This document shows, piece after piece, positions 49,377-62,056 of a stretch of DNA of 64,000 nt; positions within the stretch are counted from its first letter, which is position 1; the number at the start of each line of letters is the position of its first letter. Where the stretch lies: assembly GCF_022539665.2 (NCBI RefSeq), contig NC_081332.1, positions 3,534,001-3,598,000 on the forward strand. The letters are read 5' to 3'. This stretch comes from Daphnia carinata (Eukaryota). The notes beneath the pieces are model-generated. The model worked only from the letters and a program-made list of their open reading frames with translations. It made no database searches and had not been told where the DNA came from. The position numbers were made by a program, and so were the translations under genes.

Positions 49377-52300
49377 ATGCAGAATGTGGTACAGAATTCT
49401 GCTTCTGAAAGTGTAGGGAACTGCGTGAAACAGCACGAGGTCGGGCATCGTGCATTGGCCAACCCAGCAGCAGCAGCCACCCCTGCGACGTCCGCTGCCA
49501 GTGCAAAGCCGAGCAAGCCTAGCCAAGGCAATTCCGTCCCGAAGAGCAATCACAACGCGGGCAGAAGCAACAACCACCCAACATCAACTCAACTTCATCA
49601 TCAGCCTCCACCTCCCAATCTGAATCACAAGACTGTTACTGTGACAGACCTAGCCAACTCTTGTTCAACAGCCCTAGCTACAGAGATAGCTATCCAGCAA
49701 GTCAAGCAGAGCCGATCATATCATCAATATATGCCTGACTCTTCTGATAGTGACAGTGACGACGTCCTTTCGGTAAGTTGATGCCTGAAAGGCAAAGGAA
49801 GAGTATTTTCTTCTCAACAAAATCAGTTTACCAATCTAGACGACAACTCCTCCCAGTTTTAGTGGAAGCTTGTCAATGAAAATGCCAAACGGTTCAGTTC
49901 CATCTTGTGTTACCAACCTTTGCATCAGTGTATCGGAATCAGGATAGATGCTAATTGTGTTTGTGATGCTTATGTTTGGTATATTAATGATTTCCTCAGC
50001 GAATAGGCCCTAGACTCTGGAAGCTTGTTTTCGTGGCTTACTTAACTGCTCTACTTAGAAGGCCTTTTTATTTTTACTACAGTTTTTAACTTCTGGATAG
50101 TACCAGTTGATTGGTCTGTTAATCTGATTGTCAAGCAACAATCATCGTTTAACACCAGCAGAGTTTATCATATCGGCAGTTTTTTTTTTGCCCCTGTCTC
50201 ATCCTTCCGTGTTTGGCGTGGGGTTTATTCAGGGTACAAGTAGTCTAGGTTCTGCATGATGGCAAATCAGATGGTTGGACTTGGGGGACAACTAGAGGTT
50301 GAAAGAGAAAGGAAGGAGGGGGACCTTTTTCAAGGGATTTGGCCAAAAAGAATGCAGAGAAAAAAAAAGGGAGGCAAAGATTATGTAGGGGGAATACGGT
50401 GGGGGAGCGTCGAAGCCTTTTCTTTCGGATTCCGGTGGTTCGTTGCCCCCCTCTTCCCCGATTTGCAAAATATTTTGGACTGGTATTGTGGAACACCTAT
50501 TTTCCAAAATTATAAAGCTTATAGCGTTGGCCCGATCCCCTTGGAAACGTGGTGAAACAGTTCCGGCTGCAAACTGTGGAAACATGTCAAGCTAAGGGGA
50601 AAGTAAATCACCAAGTTGAAATGCAGAGCACTGTTCCACTTTAGTCCAAATCGTTCCAGCTAGATGCGATTCGGCTGTCATTATTTTTATTTTAGTTACG
50701 TTTCGTGCAACATGACAAGCACCTGTTGTCAAGCCTGAAACGAATGAAGGGCCCCACCGTTATTTAAAGCAACTTTAGGTGCGTCTGGGTACCGATTTGG
50801 CTCTGCCTTTCGGATACTAGAGCTCGTTCAATGGCGGTCGCAATAACTAGGAATCCAAAACTTCGTTTGCTAAACAAAAAGGAATAGTTGGAACATTGTT
50901 ACTCTTGGCCAATTTGAGTCTTTCTCTCCCCTTTCGGCAACCGCTCGTCGTTGTTTGTCAGTGTAAATGGGAATTGACCTGTAGGTGGAATCTTTTTTTG
51001 TGGAGGAGTCGGAAGTGGAGGGCTGCGCGGACGACTGCCGATGCCCCTCGACTTCGGCCTCGTCGCTGGACGCGCCGCGATTCCTGCTGGCCGCCGCCGC
51101 CGCCGCTCAACACGACGGCCATAGCATCGGCGAACTACCCCGCATCGATCCCGACACTCAAGCCAGGATCGAAGCTCTCCTCGAGGCTGCAGGTACTTTA
51201 CATTAGCAATATAGATTAAACATATTTTTATCGTCTATTCTGAAAAAAATTAAGGAATCGGCAAGCTGACTGGAGGAGACAGCAAACGACTCGGTGATCA
51301 AGAAGTACTCAGTCGATTAACTTCGAGCGTCTCTTGTGCGCTAGACGAAGCCGCCGCCGCCCTAACTCGTATGCGCTCTGAAAACTCGAGCAATTTTCAT
51401 CAAGAAGCCCGGTAAGGAAGAAGGATTTTATTGGTTAACATTTCGTAAAGGGTTCGCACATGACGACAGATGAATATTTTGCTGATCATGTCGTCTACGA
51501 CGAACTTTACCCAACAGGGTCAAAACATTCATTCACGGAGGTTAGCTGATAAAAATAGTTGAAGCCAACGGCTTTTTATCACGCTGAAAGGATGCAGTTA
51601 TATAAGATAGATTAAAAGATTTAAAGTAGCTCAGTTTATAGCCATAATCTAAAAAATCTTGTACGAGAATTTGCTCCTTATAAAAGGCACGTTGGAATGT
51701 TTCTGTTTATTTCTTATTATTTTTTTATTTGTGTTTTTAAATTGCAGGTCGTTGGTGGAGGCCTGCACGGACGGCGACGTTTCCGCCGTGCGGCGTTTGC
51801 TAGACGAAGGACGTAGCGTTCACGAAACCACGGAGGAAGGCGAGTCATTGTTGTCGCTGGCCTGTTCGGCCGGCTACTACGAACTGGCGCAGGTGTTGCT
51901 GGCCATGCGGGCCAACGTGGAAGACCGGGGCGTCAAGGGCGACTGTACGCCGCTGATGGAGGCGGCTTCGGCTGGTAACGCGGACATTGTCCGCCTGCTG
52001 CTGGAGCACGGTGCCGAAGTCAACGCCCAGTCGTCTTCGGGCAACACGCCGTTAATGTACGCCTGCGCCGGTGGCCACGAGGAGGTAGTTACCCTCTTAC
52101 TGGAGGCCAGCGCCAACGTCGAGGACCATAACGAGAACGGGCACACGCCGCTGATGGAGGCCGCCTCGGCCGGCCACGTTGGCGTGGCCAAGATCCTCCT
52201 GAACCACGGTGCTGGCATCAACACGCACTCTAACGAGTTCAAAGAGTCGGCCCTGACGCTGGCCTGCTACAAGGGCCACCTGGAGATGGTCCGATTCCTC

Positions 52301-54561
52301 CTGGAAGCCGGTGCCGATCAGGAACACAAAACTGACGAGATGCACACGGCCCTTATGGAAGCCTCGATGGACGGCCACGTCGAGGTCGCCCGGCTCCTAC
52401 TAGACTCAGGAGCTCAGGTCAACATGCCGGCCGACAGTTTCGAGTCTCCCCTGACGCTGGCCGCTTGCGGTGGCCACGTCGAGCTAGCCATGCTTCTCCT
52501 GGAACGCGGAGCCAACATCGAAGAAGTAATGACATATTTTACCATTTGCTTCCGTTTTCTTATTTCAAATTGTTTGGTTTGCACAGGTCAACGATGAAGG
52601 CTACACGCCTTTGATGGAGGCTGCCCGAGAGGGACACGAGGAAATGGTTGCGCTGCTTCTTAGTCAGGGCGCCGATATCAACGCACAGACTGAGGAGACG
52701 CAAGAGACGGCCTTGACTCTAGCCTGTTGCGGAGGCTTCTCCGAAGTGGCCGATTTCCTCATCAAGGCCGGTGCTGACATCGAACTCGGCGCTTCTACAC
52801 CACTCATGGAAGCAGCGCAAGAAGGCCACCTTGATCTGGTGTGTATTGTTAAGAATAAAATCATTCATATGTTACAAATTCCTAATGTCGGTGGGTCTTT
52901 GTTTGTTAGGTCCGTTATCTTCTAGAAGCTGGCGCCAATGTTCACGCTCAAACGGGAACAGGGGATACTGCTTTGACTTACGCGTGTGAGAACGGACATA
53001 CGGACGTGGCTGAGTTGCTTCTGCAGTACGGCGCCGATTTGGAACATGCGTCTGAAGGAGGCCGTACACCTCTTATGAAAGCCGCCAGGGCTGGTCACCT
53101 CTGCACCGTTCAATTTCTCATTGCTAAAGGAGCTGACGTTCATAGGTGAAATTAATTTATAATGCTCACACTTTTAATTCAATTCTGAATCGTATTGATT
53201 TCTTTCTTCGGTGCAGGCAAACTACCAACAATGATCACACCCCGCTCTCTCTGGCTTGTGCCGGCGGTCATTTGGCCGTGGTGGAGTTGTTGCTCCTCCA
53301 CGGAGCCAACCCGTTCCACCGCTTAAAGGACAACTCTACGATGATCATAGAAGCGGCCAAGAGCGGGCACACTCAAGTGGTGCAGTTGCTGCTCGACTAT
53401 CCCAGTTCCATCCTGGTGACACCCGATCAAGCCCAACTACCACCGGGCATGAACTCAAGTGGCCAAGTGGTCCCTATCGCATCGGAGGATTCGATTGTTC
53501 CATCACCTGCAGTAGTCACAGATTCAGTTCCTACGCCGGCGCCGCGAGTGCCGCCCGTTGGAGGAGTGGCCACCACGACGGCCCCTGCACTGGGAGGACG
53601 ACCTGAACCACAGGGAGCAGTTGCCGCTGCCTTAACCAGCCTTCTTCCGCCCAATACCTCGCTGCCGGCCATCGCAGCATCTCTGACGCCTCTCCCCGCA
53701 TCGTCCAACAACCCAAATCCGAGTGCGGGAGCAGGAAACCATTCAATCTCTACACTGGCGGCGGCCGCTCAGAAAATGCTGACCAAGAAGCCGCTTGAAA
53801 CATCCTCCTCCTCTGCCCCCGTCGCTGCCGAATCTGAACACCAACCTTCGGCAGGGACGAAGAACGCCGCACCACCTTCCTGTGAGCATCCATCTGGGGC
53901 CGTCACCTCGACGGCCAGTATTTCCTCAGAAAGTAAACTGTTACCGGTCCGCTTCCCTCTATCAGCCGAGGGGCTTTCATTTGAGAAATCACAATTGGTA
54001 GAAGAATTAGAGAAGATCGAACGTGAATTGCGAGAGAGAGCCCAATGGTCATCACAGGCCGGTAGCACGTCTGGCTCTCAGTCGAGTCATAGTGCGGCTC
54101 TCAGCCCGGCAACGGCTGCTGCATTGACGCAGATGCTCAATATGGATGTTGAATTAAATCGACCCGGCGGGAGTGGAATGGGTGGCAGCACTCTACTGGG
54201 TCTGACCACACCGACACCCGTTAATTTGGAAGACATTGTTAAACTCCTTGAAGAGCTCCCTCCTCTTGAATTTGAATCTACCCGACCTTCACTCGCCCCA
54301 CCTACATCTGTGCCCAACCAGACTACGCCTTCCCCTTCAGTTCCTTCGATCCTTCCACAGCCGGTGCAGCAGCAGCCGAGAGAGAGCGTCATAGTCACGA
54401 ACCCCAACGTTGTCGTCAGTAGCAGTTCCGCGCCCAGCACAAACGTCTCGAATGCTGCGACGCCGGGTGCTGCCATCTCACCGGCTTCACTACCCCCAGC
54501 CGAAAGACCCAAAGCCAAAGCAGTGAAGAAAGAAAACAAAATTCTCAAGAAGCAGCAACAA

Positions 54562-54600
<39 letters not shown>

Positions 54601-54606
54601 CAACAA

Positions 54607-54641
<35 letters not shown>

Positions 54642-57600
54642 AGTTCCCCAACAACAACAACAGCAACAGCCGCAACAGGCATCCCAAATTCAACAAGCAC
54701 ATCAACAGCACTGGCTAGTTCCCGCTAATGCTGTCCAACAGCAACAACAACAACAACAATGCCAGCAATTGCAGCAACTACAGCAACTCCAACAGCTTCA
54801 GCAGCTCCAGCAACTGAACCAACACCTTCAGCAGCAAGTGATGCAACAGAGGCATTTGAAGCAGCAAAACCAGGCCACTTTGGCCGCCCTGCAACAGAAC
54901 GCCTTGCAGAACCAGGCGCAGTTGGCTGCGCTTCAGCAAAATGTGGCGCAGCTTCAGCAGCTGGAGCAGCAAGTCTTGGCTCCGGCCTACACCGCCGGCG
55001 CCGCCCAGGGTCCATCGGCGGCCGCGGCCACGGCTCAATTCCAGCAGTGTGTCCAGCAGATTCTCCAGCAAAAGCAGCAGCTCCAACAGCAGATCCGCCA
55101 GTTTCAGCTCCAAGTTGAACAGCAGCTGGCCTTCCCTCAGCAGCAAATCCCTCCTTTGTCTGCCGGGGCTGGTGGTGGAAGTGTTCAACCGACTACCGCC
55201 AGTCGAGTCGAAAGAAACAACCTCGATGGCGAAGTTATCGCGGACACGGCAGCCATTGCAAAATTTCCACCTTATGACGATGTTAACGGTAGTTTTATTC
55301 AAAAGTTTTGATGTGTCATCATGTGTTAATCATTATATTTTTTTTTGTGAAAATGTTTAGGCGATGAAGTGAAGTCTCCTGTCCGAGCCGAGAAACGCCC
55401 CATTGACAACTCATCGAGTGACGACTCGTCGAGCAGCTCGACAACTGGCGGCCTACAAGTGACTGGAGCGCCGGTGCCCCTCTTTGCGACTCAAGATGTC
55501 TCTGTGGCCGCCGCAAATATCGGCATCCAAGTCCAGAGCGCAGCGTTGCCCAACGGCTCGACGGCTCAATGCGTCACGGGAATCACCTTTCAACCCCTTT
55601 CTGGAACCAATGTCTCTATACCTTGTTCCGCCTATCCAGGTTCGAACGCGCAGGTAAAACCAAATGAAATTTTACCTGTTTCAAAACAGCTTTGTAATGG
55701 ATAAAATTTAACAAGTAGATTGGAAATGGATCACCTTCGACCACGTTGATTCACTATCAACAACTTCAGTCTGGAACGACGACCAACGTCCAGACAGGGC
55801 CCGTTTCTGCGTCCGGTCTTCAAGTAGTCACTTCTCAAACACCAAGTTTGGCAATTCACCAGCAAATACGGTTGCAGTCGCTACAAATGCGTAAGTTTCA
55901 GAATCAATATATATATATATGTCATTCGTATTTCATCGCTCTTTTACAGCGACAGGTCAACCAGCTCTCGAGCCAATGGTTTCTGCCGGCCCTACTTCTG
56001 TCGCTGCACCGGGCACTTTGGACACGAAATGGTCGGGATTTAATATGGGAACGTTTACGGTTCCACATCCGCCAGCAACAACCGGCGATCAGCAACAGCA
56101 ACCTCAGATTGCTGGAGGTTCGCTTCCCGTTTCCGTCCAATTGGCCAGCTCCTCAACGGATAAAAAAACAAAAACTGGTAAAAAATCGAAAGTCGCATCC
56201 ACGGCAACGCAACAGCAAATGTACTCTGCTCCTGCCACTGATGCAAGCGGTAAGTTATCATTCGATCCTTGTTTTCCATCCTCCATTTTAAACTGAACAC
56301 GTGTTCTTATCTCTTAGGACTAGCCATCGGAGGAATGGGACTAACTGGTGTCAATGGCGTAGTTCAAACTGGACAGGCGACTTTCGATCCTGATTTTGTG
56401 GATTACGCTGACTACAATCCCGACTATTCTTCCTTCCTACCTGGTGTTGTACCGCCTGGAACGACATCTGTCAATCCAGGGTCTATGGCAGCCTCGATAC
56501 CTTCAGCGCACTATGCAAACATGCCTGCAGGTGCTGCTGGGATGACGTCTGCCGGTGGTCTTCCAGTTCCTGCTTCCGTTCCGCCGTCTGGAGCATCAGT
56601 GGTGGCAGGAGGAGCAGCTGTCCCTGGCGCCACATCGGCCAGCCAATACAGTCAACCTTTGCTACCCATGCTGGACCTGGACTCTGAGACGGACTCTAAC
56701 CACGACACTGCGCTGACATTGGCGTGCACCGGGGGCCACGAAGAACTTGTGGAGCTGCTCTTGTCCAGGAACGCCAATATCGAACACCGCGACAAGAAAG
56801 GCTTTACCCCGCTGATCCTGGCCGCCACGGCCGGTCACGAGAAGGTGGTGGAGGTGTTGCTCAATCACGGCGCCAACATTGAAGCCCAGTCTGAGCGAAC
56901 CAAGGACACGGCACTCTCCCTAGCGTGTTCGGGCGGTCGCTACGAAGTGGTGGAGCTCCTCCTCACCCGAGGAGCCAACAAGGAGCACCGCAACGTCTCT
57001 GACTACACGCCTCTCTCGCTGGCCGCCTCTGGTGGCTATGTCAACATCATCCGGCTCTTGCTGGCCCACGCCGCTGAGATCAACTCGCGCACGGGCTCTA
57101 AGTTGGGCATCTCGCCCCTAATGCTGGCCGCCATGAACGGACACGTTGCCGCTGTCAAGACGCTGCTGGAAATGGGCAGCGACATCAACGCCCAGATCGA
57201 GACGAACAGGAACACGGCGCTAACTCTAGCGTGTTTCCAAGGAAGACACGAGGTCGTGCAACTTCTCCTGGAGAAAAAGGCCAATGTGGAACACCGTGCC
57301 AAGACTGGATTAACTCCTTTGATGGAGGCAGCCAGCGGTGGTTACGTTGAAGTCGGCCGAGTACTCCTGGACTATGGCGCTGACGTCAATGCGCCTCCCG
57401 TACCCTCTTCGCGCGACACTGCGCTCACCATTGCCTCCGACAAGGGTCATGTCGACTTTGTGGAACTTTTACTGCAACGGGGTGCCCAGGCGGATGTCAA
57501 AAATAAGAAAGGCAATTCACCTCTGTGGCTCTCCGCAAATGGTGGACACCTAGAAGTGGTAGAATTGCTGTACAAAGCCAAGGCAGACATCGATTCGCAG

Positions 57601-60600
57601 GTAAGTTTATTTATTTATGTTGTTTTTGTTTAGATTTCTGACTGAATTATGTTTCGCTATTAGGACAACCGCAAAGTGTCTTGCCTGATGGCAGCTTTCC
57701 GCAAAGGCCACGTCAAAGTGGTCAAGTGGATGGTGAAGCGCGTGACTCAATTCCCCTCTGACCAGGAAATGACGCGTTTCATTTCGACGGCCGTCGACAA
57801 GGACCTGCTCAAAAAGTGCCACCATTGCATGGAGGTGATCCGAGCGGCCAAAGACCACCAGGCGGCCGAGGCCAACAAGAACGCGGCCAATCTGCTCGAC
57901 GAGCTCGACATGGAAAAGATCCGAGAGGACTTGAAACGCGCCGCTGCGGCTCGCAAACGCGAGAAGAAGAAGCGCAAGAAGCAGGAGAAGAAACAAGAGA
58001 AGAGACGGGCAGAGAGCGACGACCTCGATAACGATTCACAGGTCTGACCGCAGCGTTTCCGGTCTCATTTATTATTTGTGTTTAGTTAGTTCGCCAAAAT
58101 AATGTGCTATTTAGTCAAAACTGTACTCGTATTTCAGTTCCAATAAGTTCGTGATTTCTTTTTTAGGAAAATGGCAACGATAATGACGATGATAAAGATG
58201 GCGAGAACGGAGAGGATGCAATGAGCGAAACAGGTGATGTTGCTGATTTTGTAGAACCTCCAACGAATAACAACAAGGAAGTGGAAGAGAAGCAATCTTC
58301 CAAAGCCAAGAAGAGTAAGAAAGGCGCCAAAACAGCCGCACCAGATACCGCCATCAGCGTGGAAGATGCTGTCGTTGAAGTTCCGAAAAGAAAGGAGAAA
58401 GAAACGGAGACGGAGAATCAACAGTTTACCAAGAAAACATCTCCTCCACCACTGGTCACTACCAGCACCTTCGAAGATTCGTCTCAATTGACGAGCCGGG
58501 CCAGCAAACGGAAGAAGGAAAACGTGTTGTTGGATACTTTGATTATCACAACCGACAAATCGGCCAAGATGCCTACCCCTCCAAGTCAACAGCAGCAACG
58601 TAACGGGCCGGAATTGGACACACTGAAAGAAATGAATAATCTTCCATCGGCTCTGAAATCTTTGTCGCCCACTTCTCTGACGAGTCCCAAACGGCCCGTC
58701 AAGAGGGAAGAAGGATGGAAAGAAGTTGTACGTCGAGGGCCAGTCAGCAGTCGGGAGAATTCCAGCTCGAATTTGGGCTCTGGAGCCGGAGCCAAGAAGA
58801 GTCAGTCGAGCGACCGATCCTCGGGCACTTTGTCCGTCATCCAGAGCTCTGAACGGTCCAAGAAAGTGACTGTCCCTTCGAACGCCATCAGCCGTGTCAT
58901 TGGCCGTGCCGGATGCAACATCAACGCCATCCGCGAGATCTCTGGTGCTCACATTGAAATCGAAAAGCAAGGAAAAGGTCAAGGTGATCGTACGGTTTTG
59001 ATAAAAGGTCTAGCAGAATCCATCCGCCAAGCACAGCAACTCATCAGCGCATTGATCAAAGAACCTGAAAAAGAGTTTAACGAGTTAATGGCCAAATTCC
59101 GAGCCGCCAATGCAGCGGCTAAAGCAGGAGCTTCCGCCACAGGCGCCGGAGTGAAATCCGCGGCCGCAACGACTGCATCTGCTGCATCTCAGCCTAAAGT
59201 AACCCGATCCGCCACGACAATAGCTTCCAGTAAGCCCACAACAACTGCCCCAGTGTCTGGCCAGCCTGCGCCTGTTCCAAGTACTGTTGCATGGGGAGCT
59301 ATCAATACTCTGATTGTGGCTGCATCTTCGCCCAAAAAGGTAGTGTCTACCTCGGGATCGAAGACCCCACCCGTTACGTCGGCTCCTTTACTCGTTCAGC
59401 AGCCGCAACAACAACAGCAAAAGAGCGGAGCTGTGCGTCAATTGTTTCCAGAAGCGAATCCGGCAGTGATCGCACCCGCAGCAAAGAAAGCCAATGCCAG
59501 CGTTCCAGCTGCTACTACATCCTCTGCAGCGATGAAGCCAGTTGTGTCTTACACCGTGGCCGGTAGCAGCGCGTCAGTTCCAACTACCAGTGGTTCAGCC
59601 TCGACGCGCACTACCCCGGTCATTTCGGGTCAAAGCCCAGCACCACCGGCCAAACTGTCTCCACAGCAAATCGCTCCTCAGGCGCAATCTAAGGCGTCGG
59701 ATAAAACATCTCCTCTCATGTCTGCCTCTCTAGCGACAAGTCAACAACAGCAAATTTCAGTCCAACAGCCGCCGCAGCCTGCGACCTCGCAAGCGCAGAT
59801 GAACCAATTGGGTCCCGTCTGCAGTGGCCAAGCCCAACACGTTTCTGGTCCATGTTCGGTCTCTGTTCCCAATTCAAACAGCTTGGTTTCTTCAAGACCC
59901 AATTCTGCCAGCCCTGTTCAAGATTATTCGCCATTTAACAATCTCTTCAGCAAAGTGGCGCAACAAACCATGTGGGCCAGAGAGCTCCAGCAACAACAGC
60001 AGGGTTCGAAATCATCGTCAAAGAATTTCGCCAGCGTGGCTGCTGCGGGAGTCAGTCCCATACCATCTAAGACTCCCACGTCCTTGTCTAACTCCTTAAC
60101 CGGCCACCAGGCGGACCTTGGACCATCTCTTCACGTTGTGGATGCAGCGAAAGCACCTGGCTATCGCGGGAATTTAACAGCCTCCAACCAATCGCAGAGT
60201 GAAATGTCTTCGATGGAATTACCGACCTCTTTGGCGTCGAGCGCTCCCGGAACACCTATTCCCAGCTCTTGTCCCATTCGAGCTCCGGTCGGCAGTCGCC
60301 TGCATCCATTGACGCCTCCGCCAAGGATTGGGACGCCTCCGCTCTTTAACCCGACACCGATTCAACCTTTAGGTCCAGTCGGAGCTCGCAACATGCAATC
60401 GAACCAGCAGCCATCGGGCGGTCCGCCAGATTCGCACATGATGCCTCCGCCACCAGCTGCTTCGCTGGCTCCTGGCGGTCCATCGGCCACCGTGCGGATG
60501 CGGCCCGCCACGGCGACAAGTCGAATGCAGCACGAGCCTGCCCAGCAGCAGTCTCAGTTCGACGGGTTGCCAATGCCCAATTTCTACGGAATCACGAGGC

Positions 60601-62056
60601 CAACAGGACCCATGGGCGGCGGAGGAGAGAATATGCGACAGGCACCATCATTCCCCCTAGCGCCCGGAATGGGCGGACCCCCGAGGTATAACAACCCTTC
60701 CTTATCAACCACGTTCTCGGCGTCGACGAAATTGAATCCCAACGCTCCGGATTTCGCTACCAGCAGGGGAGGAGGTGGCAGTGGACCACAGCAGCAAGGC
60801 TATCCGGCCCAAATGTACGGCGTTGGCAATCGAATCTCTTTCCCTCCGTCTGGCTATGGCCTCGGTTCAGCCAACGGCGGTGATATGAAACAACATCAGC
60901 ACATGCCAACCCAGACGTTCGGGACCGACTACCCTCCACCTATTGGCACACCGTTTGGCGCTTCGGCCAATGACCTTCATCGTATGATGGGATACCCCGG
61001 ACCTGGGGTAGCCAACAGGATGTCTGGTCCGCCTCCTTCCACCCAAACGGGTGGGGGATTGCTAGGTAAGATTTGTACTATTTCATATTTGAATTCATTT
61101 TCTGAATAACCCAATTTCTTGCCTTTTAAATTGTTCCTATAGATGGTAATTCAGGAGGACAAAATCACGACGCGTACGGTGCTTCGGGAGGACCTCCCCA
61201 ACACCAACAGCACCAGCACCCGCAACATCGTTCCATGCAGGACGATCAACGCAAACTGCTGAGACCTATCGGCACCGAGCGCAACATGACTCGTCGGACT
61301 CCTGGACCTCCTCACGGGACTGGGGTCGGTTTCTCACCTGCCGACCTCGGCTTGTGGGGCTTCCACACGGCTCCTGGTGCCGATATGAATGCCAGTGGCG
61401 CTGGACCCATGGCACCTCCTCTGTCCGCAATGAATCCATCGACTTTGCCCCCTGGCCTCAGTCCCAATGATTGGATGGCACTTTCAGGACTCCATGGACC
61501 AAATGTGTCTGTTCCGGCGCCCAACGCCAATGACGACGGCGGCCTGTCTTATCTGCAACAAAAGCAAGGAATGGGCCACCATCACCACCAGCACCATCAC
61601 CATCACGCTCTGCTGCAGCGCCAGATGGAGGGCATGTCGGATGGAAATGAATCTCTTGAAATGCAATTCTCTGCCCAGTCGGGGGTCGGAATGAACGGAG
61701 GACCTAACTCGAATGCGCCGTATCACCAACACCACGGAGCCGCTTTTATGAATGGCATGCCTCCACCGGGCATGCCTGGCGGACCAATGGGACCGATGTT
61801 CGCAGGTGGACCTGCAGAACAACACGGGGTTGATAGTGTTAACGGAATGTGGATTGGACCTGGCTCCAACATGAAGGGTAAAGGGAGTGGGCCGTCGCCC
61901 AACTCTATTGTGGGTGACCAGCAACTCTCTGATGCTGGCATGGTAAGCTTTCGTTTTTATGATTTCACTTTTCTTTTTTTTAAATGATTTTTTAAAAAAT
62001 CAAGTGTGACATTTTCTCTTAAATTTTAGGTTTGGTTGAAATGGAGCCAGCAATAA
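49377..62056 (+). CDS. mask: Mask / ANKHD1-ANKRD17 orthologue (two ankyrin blocks + KH), 15 exons: 49377-49772, 50985-51192, 51255-51411, 51748-52525, 52587-52838, 52910-53145, 53217-55288, 55361-55653, 55719-55890, 55950-56249, 56318-57600, 57664-58041, 58167-61065, 61143-61942, 62030-62056 (~3416 aa)
   Basis: Family motifs: VESFF, DPDTQARIEALLEAAGIGKL, RLTSSVSCALDEAAAALTRMR, RSLVEACTDGDV; ankyrin block 1 (51748-53400); block 2 from ETDSNHDTALTLAC (56680-57770); basic NLS-like stretch; KH domain KKVTVPSNAISRVIGRAGCNINAIRE (~58860-59060); RPIGTER. Exons sum to 10251 nt with consistent phases. Confidence 0.95.
54553..54639 (+). repeat. CAG/CAA trinucleotide repeat encoding Q29 in Mask
   Basis: 29 consecutive CAG/CAA codons, followed by further Q-rich sequence to ~55145. 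Confidence 0.95.

Noticed and set aside
50256..50555. 99-aa ATG ORF in mask intron 1
   Set aside because: No recognisable homology or convincing splice connection; the sequence is better explained by the RNA structure reported above.
54490..55302. Minus-strand poly-Leu ORFs
   Set aside because: Antisense reading of the Mask CAG/CAA poly-Q tracts.
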